Both the position numbers and the translations under genes were made by a program. From an uncultured Candidatus Saccharibacteria bacterium (GTDB lineage: Bacteria > Patescibacteriota > Minisyncoccia > UBA6257 > 2-01-FULL-56-20), in contig CAYHZA010000006.1 in assembly GCA_964361095.1 (NCBI GenBank), positions 1,828 through 65,827 of the forward strand: a stretch of 64,000 nt of DNA, written 5' to 3'. Within the stretch, counting starts at the first letter, position 1; the number at the start of each line of letters is the position of its first letter. Positions 53,445-64,000 of the stretch are shown here, piece by piece. Under the pieces are notes generated by a model, which worked only from the letters and a program-made list of their open reading frames with translations, ran no database searches and was not told the origin of the DNA.

Positions 53445-53999
53445 TAACAACGCTCTCTGTGCTGTACGTTGCTACGTAAAAAATAGCGCCCGCAAAATTT
53501 TAAAAAGCAAAAAACAGACTAACTTTTAAAAGTTGGAATGAGGAAATCTATCCCCCCGAAAAGTCTTATTTCGAAATTTGCTTATAGAGCCAGACGCCGA
53601 GGAGAATAAGATCGATCATTATCACGAGCCATGTGATAATGCCGAAACTCCCTCCTCCCGCCATGGATCCGTACCCATCCATCATGGAACTATTATAGCA
53701 CGGGAAAATAAATCAAAAATACCCGCGTCACCTTTATCCCACAAATAAAAAAGAAAAAGGGCCGCACCACGGTGCAAGCCCTTATTTGATTTCTTGAAAT
53801 TGAAAACCTTTTCATCGCTTTGCGTCTTCGCATCCAACTAATCTTAGACCAAGACTAATCACCAGTGATTGTCCGGTCATAGTTGTCGAGCGTCGTAACG
53901 CCCGATCTTCCCAAGGTTTGACCAAGGATAAGTTCCTCGTCTCTCCCGGAATTTGATGTATCTACCGCAAAGTTCGGAAAAAAATCATCACGTAAAAAC

Positions 54000-55094
54000 T
54001 TACGACACTCTGCCCGCCGCGGGAAGACCCTGACCATCCAGATTTTCTTCATTCCGAACGGCGCGAAGACGTCGCGATTTCTCGTAGACACACTTCGTCG
54101 CGAGGTGACTCTTCATGTTGTCCGGATGAATCTTCATCTCCGGACAATCGGAATTGGGACATCCGAGCTCGAGATTCACACTCGCATTCTTTGCAGTTCT
54201 CCATGCTCGAGTCACGGGGCAAGAACGCCATTCTTCATTGAAGAGGACTCGATAGTCCGGCACCTTGAATATTCCCGAATCGCTTTCACTCTCGGTAGAT
54301 ATTACGGGAATATTGGACATAGCCCCGACCTCCACATGTTCACGGGCGCATGGCGTACCTCGATACTCAATAATCTTCTTGCAAACAAAATGTTGCTTCG
54401 CAAAAAAGTGGTACACCGCACCCGTAGCACCAACCCCGCCAAGTACGGCGAGAAAGATATACCCCCAAAAAACAAAACCCATGCTCTGTTCCCCGCTCGA
54501 AGCAGTATTCTTCTCCGCGCGTAAAGCGGCATTTTCCGCAACGAGCTTGTCTCTTTCGGAATTGATCACGTGAAGTTTCGACTCCGCATCCTTCCTCGCG
54601 GCAATCGCCGTTTCGAGTTCTTTGATTAAACCGGATGCCGGCTTTTGTGCCGTCGCGATCTCCGTCCGTAGATTTTCGTTTACTTTCTCAAGCTCGATAT
54701 TCCGAGCGCGAAGCTCGTTGATCTCTTCCGAATCCCTTGGAGAAATACTCTCAATATGTCGCGGTGCTCTTGTCGCGCTGAGACGAACACGTTCTTTCTT
54801 TATAATCTCACGTGATTTTGCGACAATCTCTGGAGGTGGTATTTCAGCACAGATTTCCGGATACACGACGGTCGTTCCTGCTTGAAGCTTCGCGACTCTG
54901 TCGAGCGTGATATTGCTCTGTTCCATTGAGAACGAGAGCCAATCAAGATTGCACCCTGCATTCACGATGACCTGCGAGGGACCCGGCTGGCTGACACTGG
55001 TGTAACCCTCAACAAGCGCGATCTCTTCTGCCTGCACGGACATGCTGACAACTGCGAGAACGAACACGATGACGAACATCTTCACGAGTTTCAT
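54000..55094 (-). CDS. Bitopic membrane protein: secreted N-domain, coiled coil, TM helix, cytoplasmic Cys-rich domain
   Basis: Signal peptide, heptad region, hydrophobic helix, C-terminal C...C(x5)C..C cluster. Appears GC-richer than its neighbours. Confidence 0.5.
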   Translation of the reverse strand: MKLVKMFVIVFVLAVVSMSVQAEEIALVEGYTSVSQPGPSQVIVNAGCNLDWLSFSMEQSNITLDRVAKLQAGTTVVYPEICAEIPPPEIVAKSREIIKKERVRLSATRAPRHIESISPRDSEEINELRARNIELEKVNENLRTEIATAQKPASGLIKELETAIAARKDAESKLHVINSERDKLVAENAALRAEKNTASSGEQSMGFVFWGYIFLAVLGGVGATGAVYHFFAKQHFVCKKIIEYRGTPCAREHVEVGAMSNIPVISTESESDSGIFKVPDYRVLFNEEWRSCPVTRAWRTAKNASVNLELGCPNSDCPEMKIHPDNMKSHLATKCVYEKSRRLRAVRNEENLDGQGLPAAGRVS

Positions 55095-55367
55095 TGTCCT
55101 GCTCCTTGCCCCAGAGGGGCGGAAAGTGGGAAATCAAGAAAGTTGCCGAAGCGTTAGCGTCTGTTTTTACGATGATAAATTATCAAAACTTCAACAGGGC
55201 CCTTATAGAGCCATCTGTGATACTGCGGATAACATACACTATTTTATAGAATTGTCAACCCCCCGTTAGAAGCATAGCTTCTCACGGGGTAAACCCCATT
55301 TAAGATGACTCTTCTTAAAAATCGTGTTATAATATAAAATCTACAATACATCATCCTTTTTTCTTCC

Positions 55368-57116
55368 ATGCAAAACCCAACACTCCGCGTTCTTAGCTTA
55401 CTCAAAGACCATAAGAAAAAGGTCTTCATTTTGGTTTGCTTCGTTATTTTTGCCTCATTCTTCGACATAACTGTTCCTTTTATTTCGCAAAAGCTTATCG
55501 ATAACCTCATTTCTTTTTTTGAAAACGGCGGCGCTTCCCCTGTGGGAATTTTGATTTTTTCGGCGATCGGAATCCTTATAGCAACCGTACTAAGCCGTAT
55601 TATCGAATCCATTTACGCCTATCATGTTTTTAAAACAGTCACAAAAATTGAGGATAAAATCCGTAACGAAACGTTCGAAAAATATCTTCGTCTACACGTG
55701 CTTTTCCACCACGGATCTTCAAGCGGCCAGATCATCGGACGGATTGATCGCGGTTCTGCGGCAATTTATATTATTCTATATGAGATTTTCGGCTATAACT
55801 TACTCCCGCCGCTTACGATTTTCACAGGCGTCCTTATAGCACTCCTCTTTAAAAACCCTTGGATTGCGCTCGTCACCTTTCTTCCTCTTCCCTTCTACAT
55901 TATAGCTATACAAAAACTTACGAAAAAAATATATGAGATCGAAAAAAGAGCCAACGAAGAGTCCGAAGCGGTAAGTAAAGAAGCGTACGATGTTGCCGGT
56001 AACGTCCTTACGGTAAAAAAGTTCTCTCAAGAACACGCCGAAACCGAAACACAAGCTCGTCTTCAAGCGCAAGTGCGAAGCACGCAATACAGCGCAGAAC
56101 GACTTTGGATCATCATCGAAAATATTCAAACTCTGGTCGCTACGACGGGAAGAATCATCGTCATTCTCGTCGGCGGATTTTTTGTGATACAAGGACGAAG
56201 CACAATCGGCGAGTTCGTTCTCTACGTTACGCTTCAAAATATGGCATACGCGCCGCTTGCGCAACTTTCGGTCATCTTTCCGCGTCTTCGGCGAAATACC
56301 GCGCGCGTGGAGCGACTCTTCGCAATCCTTGATGAACCGATTCATATCACCAATAAACCAAACGCTCTCTCACTTCCGCCGTTTGAAAAAGCAATTGAAT
56401 TTAAAAACGTTTCGTTCCGTTATTCCAAAAAGGGATCATGGGCGGCAAAAAATTTGAATCTCGTTATACCCGTCGGGAACACCGTCGCCTTGGTCGGAAG
56501 AAGTGGCAGCGGAAAAACCACATTCATCAATTTACTCCTGCGGTCATACGACCCGCAAAAAGGATCTATTTGCGTTGACGGACATGATCTTCGGGACATT
56601 GAGCGCGAAACCCTTTTAGCACAAATCGCGGTTGTTCCTCAAGAGGTAGATCTCTTCTCGAGAAAGATTGCCGAAAATATCGCCTACGGCAAACCGAACG
56701 TTTCTCGGAAAGATATCGAACGCGCGGCAAAAACAGCACTCGCACATGATTTTATCGTAAAAGCAGAGAAGGGGTACGATACAGTTGTAGGCGAACGGGG
56801 CATTAAGCTTTCAGGAGGAGAACGCCAGCGCGTCGGAATCGCCCGCGCCGTGCTCCGTGATCCAAGAATTCTTATCCTCGACGAGGCGACAAGCCACTTG
56901 GATACGGAAAGCGAACAATTAATAAGCCGCGCCACAAACGCCCTCATTAAAAATCGCACAACCATTATCATCGCCCATCGTCTCTCCACAGTGCTTCACG
57001 CCGACGCAATCGTGGTTTTTAGAAATGGTGAAATCGAAGCCGTGGGAACACACGCGAAACTTCTCAAATCAAGCCCAACCTACAAAAAGCTTTATTCGCT
57101 GCAATTCAGCGATTAG
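55368..57116 (+). CDS. ABC exporter, fused permease-ATPase (MsbA/lipid A exporter-like)
   Basis: Six-TM N-domain; Walker A GRSGSGKTT, signature LSGGERQRV, Walker B ILDEATSHLD. Confidence 0.85.
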   Translation: MQNPTLRVLSLLKDHKKKVFILVCFVIFASFFDITVPFISQKLIDNLISFFENGGASPVGILIFSAIGILIATVLSRIIESIYAYHVFKTVTKIEDKIRNETFEKYLRLHVLFHHGSSSGQIIGRIDRGSAAIYIILYEIFGYNLLPPLTIFTGVLIALLFKNPWIALVTFLPLPFYIIAIQKLTKKIYEIEKRANEESEAVSKEAYDVAGNVLTVKKFSQEHAETETQARLQAQVRSTQYSAERLWIIIENIQTLVATTGRIIVILVGGFFVIQGRSTIGEFVLYVTLQNMAYAPLAQLSVIFPRLRRNTARVERLFAILDEPIHITNKPNALSLPPFEKAIEFKNVSFRYSKKGSWAAKNLNLVIPVGNTVALVGRSGSGKTTFINLLLRSYDPQKGSICVDGHDLRDIERETLLAQIAVVPQEVDLFSRKIAENIAYGKPNVSRKDIERAAKTALAHDFIVKAEKGYDTVVGERGIKLSGGERQRVGIARAVLRDPRILILDEATSHLDTESEQLISRATNALIKNRTTIIIAHRLSTVLHADAIVVFRNGEIEAVGTHAKLLKSSPTYKKLYSLQFSD

Positions 57117-57200
57117 TGACCGGCACAAGAAAAACCGAGGCTTTTCAAGTCGAGAGCCATAAACCTCCGGTTTTGGTATAATAGAAGCAAGGAATAAAGC

Positions 57201-57659
57201 ATGAAGGTAAAACACGTCCTCGAAAAAAACGTAATAACGATACCCCATACGGCGACATACCGTGAGGCCGCCGAAGTACTGCATAAAAATAATCTAAGCG
57301 GCGCGCCCGTGATTGGAGAAAAAAACCGTCTCGTTGGGATGCTCTCTGAAAAGGATCTCTTTAAAGTCCTGTATCCTTTTTATCAAAGCTACTATGAAAA
57401 TCCGGAACTCTACCTTGATTACGAAAGCAGAGAAACAAAAATTCGTGAAATCGAAAACGAACCGATTATCGGAATGATAACGAAAAATGTAGTAACGATA
57501 GATCCCGAAGCTCCGATTCTCCGCGCCGGAGCAATTATGCTCGCGAAGGGCATCCATCGACTACCCGTCGTGAAAGACAATAAACTTTTAGGCATCGTAA
57601 CTCGTGAGCATATTTACAGCGCCATCTTAAAACGCGAGCTCAATCTGGATGGCGAATAA
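57201..57659 (+). CDS. CBS-domain pair protein
   Basis: Two CBS repeats (..VITIPHTATYREAAEVL.., ..VVTIDPEAPILRAGAIM..). Confidence 0.8.
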   Translation: MKVKHVLEKNVITIPHTATYREAAEVLHKNNLSGAPVIGEKNRLVGMLSEKDLFKVLYPFYQSYYENPELYLDYESRETKIREIENEPIIGMITKNVVTIDPEAPILRAGAIMLAKGIHRLPVVKDNKLLGIVTREHIYSAILKRELNLDGE

Positions 57660-58914
57660 CGTAACAAGAAGTAAGATACAAGGAAGTTTTCCCGTTGGTT
57701 TAATCTTTGCAATCGTCGCGGGGGTTCTTTTGGGTGGTTTATCTTATCTCGTCATTCTTAATGTTGTTCCCCAGACGCCGGAGATTAAAGTTTCAAATGA
57801 CACTCTTTCGGCCACTCCCCTGTTAGTAAATGAGAAATTAAACGTTATCGAAGAGCATCCGCTCAATCCAATCGCGTCGCCTTTAAAAATCAGCCTCGCA
57901 ACCTCCACGAATAACATCCCCTTGCCTCCCCCGAATGCAATCCTATGCAACGACGCGTATTGGGACAAATGCGCGACAGATCAAGAGTTTTTCTGCCCCA
58001 AAACCGGCGCCGCAGTCTGCATTCAAAAAGATATCCCAAAAATAATCGCCCCACGCGAGATAACCGCGAAGGGCCTCGTTGCGCTCCTCTGTCACTATAA
58101 TTCAAAAAATCCATCCATAACCGCGCCCTATACTGACAGCGACGGCAATATATTGAACAAGGCAAGTGGAGCAATCGTAAGCCCCGAAGGATATATCCTC
58201 ACTGCCCGCCATACCGTAGATCCGGAATGGTCAAACATCGCCTACGGAGCATCCACGCCCGCATGGAAGCAGACATTAAACGAAAATATAGTCTTTGACT
58301 ACTGCGAAATCGGAATACCGCCCTCCGAAACACTCCCGAGCGTCGCCGATATCGTAAAAATTAATCCTCAACTCGCCGTGCCGCATCCCTTCCCTTACAT
58401 CGCAAAACTCGCCTTTGTACCACCGCAAAACGACTTGAGCGATCTTGAATATCGTCAACTCGACTTCGCAGTGTTAAAAATATCCGGCCCGCGACCGAAT
58501 TGCGAGCGATTTAATCTTTGTTCCCTTCCTAAAGCTTATCCCTATAATCCCCTCCTTTTGAGCGAAACCTCTCCAAGAAACCAACAGGTCATTAACTTCG
58601 GCTACCCGACGGAACTTATAAATTCTTCAGGGGGAGCATTCACTAATTTCTTCCTTAAGGGAGCCGTGGGGAACATCAATGAATATTACAGCGGAGATAA
58701 GGTATTCAAAGATAGAACTTTCTTATTCGAGTTTTCGGCAAATGACATAATGCATGGCCGATCAGGATCTCCTGTTTTCTATAAAGGATACATAACAGGC
58801 ATCACGTTTTCGGGCAATGCAAAAAATGTTACGATCGATTACGCGGTGGGAGTGCAAGCACTCTATGAAATTCTAAAAAACAATAAACTTGAAAGTACCG
58901 TACGAGCGGAATAA
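57649..58914 (+). CDS. Membrane-anchored trypsin-like serine protease (S1 family)
   Basis: N-terminal TM helix; His in ILTARHTVDP, Asp in LDFAVLKI, Ser in MHGRSGSPVF (a GDSGGP variant). Confidence 0.6.
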   Translation: MANNVTRSKIQGSFPVGLIFAIVAGVLLGGLSYLVILNVVPQTPEIKVSNDTLSATPLLVNEKLNVIEEHPLNPIASPLKISLATSTNNIPLPPPNAILCNDAYWDKCATDQEFFCPKTGAAVCIQKDIPKIIAPREITAKGLVALLCHYNSKNPSITAPYTDSDGNILNKASGAIVSPEGYILTARHTVDPEWSNIAYGASTPAWKQTLNENIVFDYCEIGIPPSETLPSVADIVKINPQLAVPHPFPYIAKLAFVPPQNDLSDLEYRQLDFAVLKISGPRPNCERFNLCSLPKAYPYNPLLLSETSPRNQQVINFGYPTELINSSGGAFTNFFLKGAVGNINEYYSGDKVFKDRTFLFEFSANDIMHGRSGSPVFYKGYITGITFSGNAKNVTIDYAVGVQALYEILKNNKLESTVRAE

Positions 58915-58977
58915 CAGAGATTAAAGTATATTTTTAACAAAAAAACCGGCTCGTATTAAAAATAAATACATTGATCC

Positions 58978-60537
58978 ATGAAAAGAATAAGAAAAATGAT
59001 TCGCGAGCGCATGCTGCTCACTTCAATTGTCGCCGTAGTTGTTTTGACCGGAATTTACTTTATTTTTTTTCGGTCGGAAGATGCCAAGATTCCCACACTT
59101 AAGGTAACGCGCGGAACCATTACCCAAGAAATAAGCGTTACCGGAAAAACAAAACCGGTGCAAGATGTTGACTTGGCATTCGAAAAAAGCGGAAAAATAA
59201 CACTGGCGAACGTTCGCATCGGCGACAAAGTCGTTCCCGGACAATTATTGGTGCAACTTGATACCGCGGAACTTGCCGCTCAACTCCTTGAGGCACAAGC
59301 GAACGCATTGACACAAAAAGCGAAACTGGACGAACTAAAACGCGGCACGCGGGCGGAAGACATAAAAATCAAAGAATCGGAGCTCCGCAAAGCGGAACAA
59401 GATCTGGCGAATCATTATGCCAATGTCGACGATACCGTGAACGAATCCTATGCCAAAGCAGATGATGCGATCCGCAAACAAACAGACCTTCTTTTCACAA
59501 ACGACGAAGAACTCAATCCGCAACTTTCATTTTCGACGAACAATACTCAACTTAAGATAAACGTAGAACAGGGACGTTCTACCGCTTCACAAGGATTAAA
59601 CATGTGGAGAAAAACGATCGACGCCCTGAATGTCCTAACCTCACCCGATAATCTTACAACCGCGCTTCGGGAAGCAAAGCAACGCCTGAATCTCCTCCGA
59701 GATTTCTTAAATGACCTTATGGACGTAGTGACGAACGCGAACGGTATTTCTCAAACGACACTCGATACGTATAAAACAAATATCGCGACCGCGCGAACAA
59801 ATATCAACGGAGCGCTTTCAAGTGTCGCATCACTGGAACAAACAATCGCCTCACAGAAAATAACAGTTGAAAAAATTAGGGATGAACTAAATCTAAAACT
59901 CGCGGGATCGGCTCCCGAAGAAATCCGGGCGCAGGAAGCCCAACTCGCCCAAGCGGAAGCGAAGGCTCAAACCATTGAAGCACAGCTCGCGAAAAACACG
60001 CTCCGATCTCCTATTTCCGGCATTATAACAAAACAAGACGCGAAAGTCGGCGAAATCGTCGGCGCGAATAATCCGATAGTTTCCATAATTTCGGGCAACA
60101 ACTTTGAAATCGAAGCGAATATACCTGAGGCGGATATCGTAAAGATTAAAGTCGGGAACACCGCTCGAATCACGCTTGATGCCTACGGTTCGGAAGTAAC
60201 ATTTGAAGCATCCGTAGTAAAAATAGATCCCGCGGAAACGATTGTCGAAGGGGTGACGACTTACAAAACAACGCTCCAGTTTGGAACAAAAGACGAGCGC
60301 GTCAAATCACACATGACGGCAAACATAGAAATTCTTACCGCCCGCAAAGAAAATGTTATCGCAATTCCCCAAAGAGCGGTCGGAACAAAAGATGGCGGAA
60401 AATTCGTCCGAATCGTTCGCCTCGAAAAAACAGAGGAAGTGAAAATAGAAACTGGTCTTCAGGGATCAAACGGTACCGTAGAAGTTACCATGGGTCTGAA
60501 CGAAGGAGATGAAATTATAACTTCTCGCAATGAATAG
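58978..60537 (+). CDS. HlyD/MacA-family periplasmic adaptor (membrane fusion protein) with long coiled coil
   Basis: N-terminal TM helix, biotinyl-lipoyl-like hairpin, extended coiled coil, C-terminal beta-barrel region. Confidence 0.75.
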   Translation: MKRIRKMIRERMLLTSIVAVVVLTGIYFIFFRSEDAKIPTLKVTRGTITQEISVTGKTKPVQDVDLAFEKSGKITLANVRIGDKVVPGQLLVQLDTAELAAQLLEAQANALTQKAKLDELKRGTRAEDIKIKESELRKAEQDLANHYANVDDTVNESYAKADDAIRKQTDLLFTNDEELNPQLSFSTNNTQLKINVEQGRSTASQGLNMWRKTIDALNVLTSPDNLTTALREAKQRLNLLRDFLNDLMDVVTNANGISQTTLDTYKTNIATARTNINGALSSVASLEQTIASQKITVEKIRDELNLKLAGSAPEEIRAQEAQLAQAEAKAQTIEAQLAKNTLRSPISGIITKQDAKVGEIVGANNPIVSIISGNNFEIEANIPEADIVKIKVGNTARITLDAYGSEVTFEASVVKIDPAETIVEGVTTYKTTLQFGTKDERVKSHMTANIEILTARKENVIAIPQRAVGTKDGGKFVRIVRLEKTEEVKIETGLQGSNGTVEVTMGLNEGDEIITSRNE

Positions 60538-60556
60538 TTTCTCTTAACACATCTCT

Positions 60557-61276
60557 ATGCCCTTACTAGAGGTTAGGAATTTAGAAAAAAACTACAAAGA
60601 CGGAGATACAGAAACCCCGGCGCTTCGCGGGGTTTCTTTTACTATTGAATCCGGAGAATTTCTTGCGATTATGGGACCTTCCGGATCTGGAAAATCAACA
60701 CTGCTCCATATCTTGGGTCTTCTTGATAAGCAAAGTAGTGGAGAATACCTCTTCGATAAAAAAGGATGGGATGATTATGAAGAAGATGAAATCTCGCATA
60801 TTCGCAATAAAAAAATGGGCTTCGTCTTCCAGGCATTCAACCTTCTGCCGCGCACCACGGTATTCGAAAACGTTGAACTACCGCTTCTTTATTCAGATGT
60901 TCCGGAATCCTCATGGAAAAAACGTACACTCGACGCGATCGAAGCAGTCGGCCTTTCTCACCGAGCATATTATGAATCTTCCCAGCTCTCGGGCGGCGAA
61001 AGACAACGAGTCGCCATCGCGCGCGCCTTAGTACGCGATCCTCAGATTATCTTCGCGGATGAACCAACCGGCAATTTGGATTCAAAATCGGGCGGAGTAA
61101 TTATGAAAATCCTCCGCGAATTGAATGAATCGCAAAATCACACGATCGTGCTTATTACCCATGAAACGTACACCGCCGAACATACCAAGCGCATCATCCG
61201 CCTCATGGATGGAAAAATGGTAAGCGATGAACCCGTACAAAAACGCCGGAGTATTAATGACCATAATTTAAAATAA
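60557..61276 (+). CDS. MacB/LolD-type ABC ATPase
   Basis: [35 protein letters not shown]. Confidence 0.85.
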   Translation: MPLLEVRNLEKNYKDGDTETPALRGVSFTIESGEFLAIMGPSGSGKSTLLHILGLLDKQSSGEYLFDKKGWDDYEEDEISHIRNKKMGFVFQAFNLLPRTTVFENVELPLLYSDVPESSWKKRTLDAIEAVGLSHRAYYESSQLSGGERQRVAIARALVRDPQIIFADEPTGNLDSKSGGVIMKILRELNESQNHTIVLITHETYTAEHTKRIIRLMDGKMVSDEPVQKRRSINDHNLK

Positions 61277-61277
61277 C

Positions 61278-62516
61278 ATGACCTTTCGACACAGTTTAAA
61301 AACAGCGCTTCGGGGATTGAAAACAAACAAGTCCCGCTCCGCGCTTACGATTCTGGGAATCGTGATCGGCATCACGGCGATTATTTTAATTATGTCCATG
61401 GGACAAGGAGCCCAAGACCTCATATTAGGCCAGATTCAAGGCTTAGGTTCAAAAACAATCGTCGTAATTCCCGGTCGTGAACCTCGGGGACCCAGCGATG
61501 CCGCGCAAATCTTCAGCGACTCCTTAAAAGAACGCGACATTGAAGCACTCACTCGCACAGAAAACGTACCAACCTTAAAACAGCTCATGCCGATTATCTT
61601 TGGGGGTCAAACCGCCTCGTATCTCGGTGAAACATACCGACTGACGATCTTTGGAGCATCGGAATTCATCAGTGAAATGTTCGATCTTTTCCCGGAAGAA
61701 GGATTGTTCTTCGGCGAAAATGAGATCCGCGGCCGCGCCAATGTTGTGGTCATCGGCTCGAAAGTTAAAGAGGAACTCTTTGGAACCGATGAGGCGCTCG
61801 GAAAAGTGATAAAGATCAAAGACAGAAGTTTTAGGGTTATCGGCATTTTGCCGAAAAAAGGGCAGGTATCATTCTTCAATTTTGACGAAGCAGCCATCGT
61901 TCCCTATACGACCGCACAGCAGTATGTTTTTGGCATCAAATATTTCCATCGCTTTATTATCGAGGCCGATACCGAAAAAGACATTCCGGATACGGTTCGG
62001 GACATTGAACTCACTCTGCGGGATACTCACGGTATTACCGATCCCTCAAAAGACGACTTTTTCGTGGAAACACAGGCCGATCTCGCTAATCGTCTTGGCG
62101 TGATTACGAGCGTGCTTACATTATTCTTGGTTTCCGTTGCCGCGATATCGCTTCTCGTCGGTGGAATTGGAATCATGAATATTATGTTCGTATCCGTTAC
62201 CGAACGCACGCGGGAGATCGGCTTACGCAAAGCAATCGGCGCGACAAATCACGACATCCTCATGCAATTTCTCCTTGAGGCAATTCTCCTCACCGCGATA
62301 GGCGGGGTAATCGGAATCCTTCTCGGCGCAATGTTCGCGTTTACCGCCGCTATTATTCTCACAAACGTCGTCGGCTTGAACTGGACATTTACATTCCCTA
62401 TTTATGCGGCACTCTTGGGACTTGGCATTTCAACACTTATAGGCCTCACATTCGGGCTCTATCCCGCGCGCCAGGCGGCGCGAAAAGATCCCATCGAAGC
62501 GCTTCGTTACGAATAA
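61278..62516 (+). CDS. MacB/FtsX-like ABC permease (4 TM with large extracytoplasmic loop)
   Basis: MacB-type N-terminus (..LRGLKTNKSRSALTILGIVIGI..) and a C-terminal FtsX-like domain. Confidence 0.8.
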   Translation: MTFRHSLKTALRGLKTNKSRSALTILGIVIGITAIILIMSMGQGAQDLILGQIQGLGSKTIVVIPGREPRGPSDAAQIFSDSLKERDIEALTRTENVPTLKQLMPIIFGGQTASYLGETYRLTIFGASEFISEMFDLFPEEGLFFGENEIRGRANVVVIGSKVKEELFGTDEALGKVIKIKDRSFRVIGILPKKGQVSFFNFDEAAIVPYTTAQQYVFGIKYFHRFIIEADTEKDIPDTVRDIELTLRDTHGITDPSKDDFFVETQADLANRLGVITSVLTLFLVSVAAISLLVGGIGIMNIMFVSVTERTREIGLRKAIGATNHDILMQFLLEAILLTAIGGVIGILLGAMFAFTAAIILTNVVGLNWTFTFPIYAALLGLGISTLIGLTFGLYPARQAARKDPIEALRYE

Positions 62517-62573
62517 AAACCGAACAATCATTTCCGAGTGCGCGGTAGGATATGTAATCCCTCAAACAAAAAA

Positions 62574-63482
62574 CTAATTTCTAAGATACCGCCTCACTGC
62601 GATAAAGCTCGAAAGGCTTCCGATCAACACTCCAAAAAGCAGTTGATATCCGAGAAGAATAAAAAAGTTATTGAAAAAGTACTGAAAAAGGTTAAATCCC
62701 GGAACAAATACCTTAAAGTAAGGCGACGCGATAAAAGTGATGGGAGTCGCGATAAAAATACTGAAGAGCGCGGCTAAAACGCCGGCAATAATACCTTCAA
62801 CGACATAGGGACCCCTCACCATGCTGTTTGACGCGCCCACAACACGCATAATACCGATTTCATCGCGATCGGAGTAAATAGCGAGCCGTATCGTGTTGAA
62901 AACCACAAGACCCGCGACAATCGCCATAAGTATGGAAAGCGCGAGACCGCCTCGATTTACGCTGTTAATAATCGAAGCAAGCCGTTCGATCACCAGCTGG
63001 TTCTTCGTATAGCTCACATCATCGATAAACGCGCTTAAGTTTGGACTTGATAAATATTGCGCGATATTCGCATATTGATTTGCCGCATGGGCCTTGATGG
63101 TAAGCGAAGGTTTAAGCGGGTTTTCGTTCAATTGTTCGGCCGCCTGGATAATCGCTTCATCATCCTTATGGTTTTCTTTCAAAATTTCGAGCGCTTGGTC
63201 GCGGGAAATATACGCAACCTGTTTTACTTCCGCCAGGTTCTCAAGCGCTTGTTTTACGTTTAAAATATCGTCTTCCGAAGTATCTTCTTTGAAATAGACA
63301 CTGATATCAATTTTATCCTGAATGGATGCCGCGGCTTCTTTCGTTACCACGTTAAAAAGAATAAGCCCGACCGAAACGGAAAGCGCCAGAACCATAATAA
63401 TAACCGTGGTAGTCGAAAGCCAGCCGTTTCTCCAGAAGTTTTTAAATCCGTAGTGGACTATGCGTGAGATGATGGTGAGCAT
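62574..63482 (-). CDS. ftsX: Cell division ABC permease FtsX
   Basis: FtsX topology and motifs; located immediately downstream of ftsE on the same strand. Confidence 0.8.
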   Translation of the reverse strand: MLTIISRIVHYGFKNFWRNGWLSTTTVIIMVLALSVSVGLILFNVVTKEAAASIQDKIDISVYFKEDTSEDDILNVKQALENLAEVKQVAYISRDQALEILKENHKDDEAIIQAAEQLNENPLKPSLTIKAHAANQYANIAQYLSSPNLSAFIDDVSYTKNQLVIERLASIINSVNRGGLALSILMAIVAGLVVFNTIRLAIYSDRDEIGIMRVVGASNSMVRGPYVVEGIIAGVLAALFSIFIATPITFIASPYFKVFVPGFNLFQYFFNNFFILLGYQLLFGVLIGSLSSFIAVRRYLRN

Positions 63483-63575
63483 TGTTGTTTAGGGTTTAAG
63501 GTGTAGTACTTAGGGTTTATTAAGAATAACGAACGCATCTTAAATGTATAATCGCTACTGGCTATTGGCTAATTC

Positions 63576-64000
63576 CTAAACCAAAATATACCGTCCCTTT
63601 TCTTCATCGCGGATCACCCGACCGTGATCCAAGCTAATAACGCGTTTTTCAAGACTGTTGACGATTTCGTTGTCGTGCGTCGCTAAAATCACGGTTGTTC
63701 CCAATTGATTGATCTTTTGAAGCAATCCGATGATTTCCGACGTATGGAACGGGTCGAGGTTACCGGTCGGTTCGTCGGCGATAATCACCTCGGGACGATG
63801 CACCATAGCGCGAGCAATAGCCACACGCTGTTTCTCGCCGCCCGAAAGTTCGTGCGGAAAATTCACGAGCTTATTGCTTAATCCGACCATATCTAAAACC
63901 TGTGGAGTAAGTTCCGCAATTTCTTTTTGCGCCCTCCCTGCAACCTCAAGAGCAAACGCTACATTCTCATAGGCATTTTTATTGGGAAGAAGGCGGAAAT
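63576..64000 (-). CDS. ftsE: Cell division ABC ATPase FtsE (5' end beyond the window)
   Basis: [32 protein letters not shown]; the reading frame continues to the window edge. Confidence 0.85.
   Translation of the reverse strand, partial: FRLLPNKNAYENVAFALEVAGRAQKEIAELTPQVLDMVGLSNKLVNFPHELSGGEKQRVAIARAMVHRPEVIIADEPTGNLDPFHTSEIIGLLQKINQLGTTVILATHDNEIVNSLEKRVISLDHGRVIRDEEKGRYILV

Overview
This 64-kb window looks like it comes from a small-genome, fairly AT-rich bacterium. The compact housekeeping genes, short Fmt and many giant Ser/Thr-rich surface proteins resemble Patescibacteria/CPR, but that is inference only. Layout: (i) 1-15.7 kb, + strand housekeeping block: murA (3' part), mreB, holB, frr, rseP, a D-aminoacylase-like amidohydrolase, ftsW, murG, gltX, two M23 peptidases, murC and a PD-(D/E)XK nuclease. 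(ii) 16.1-22.5 kb, copper/redox cassette: thioredoxin-like, DoxX, a CcdA-like/metal-binding fusion, a cupredoxin, CopA, a degenerate copZ fragment and CopZ, bounded by a repeated 17-nt AT-rich motif. (iii) 22.7-27.2 kb: DEDD exonuclease, rpmA, rplI, ctpA, def-fmt. (iv) 27.2-45.3 kb: eleven consecutive minus-strand genes for secreted or membrane-anchored proteins, namely three cohesin-like proteins, two dockerin-bearing proteins, and giant beta-rich repeat proteins that form paralogous families. This is the best candidate for a novel system: a non-cellulosomal cohesin-dockerin surface assembly. (v) 45.3-49.5 kb: Fe/Mn SOD, a His-rich secreted protein, and an accessory islet in which two RelE/ParE toxin-antitoxin pairs flank a GIY-YIG ORF and tRNA-Gln embedded in nested inverted repeats and tRNA-like fragments. 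(vi) 49.5-64 kb: ABC-F, 2-hydroxyacid dehydrogenase, a membrane PH-AlbA_2 fusion, an ABC exporter, a CBS protein, an S1 protease, a HlyD-MacB-like efflux triad and ftsX-ftsE (5' end of ftsE outside the window). No rRNA, CRISPR array or transposase/integrase was recognised. All coordinates for non-CDS elements were counted by hand and may be off by a few nt.
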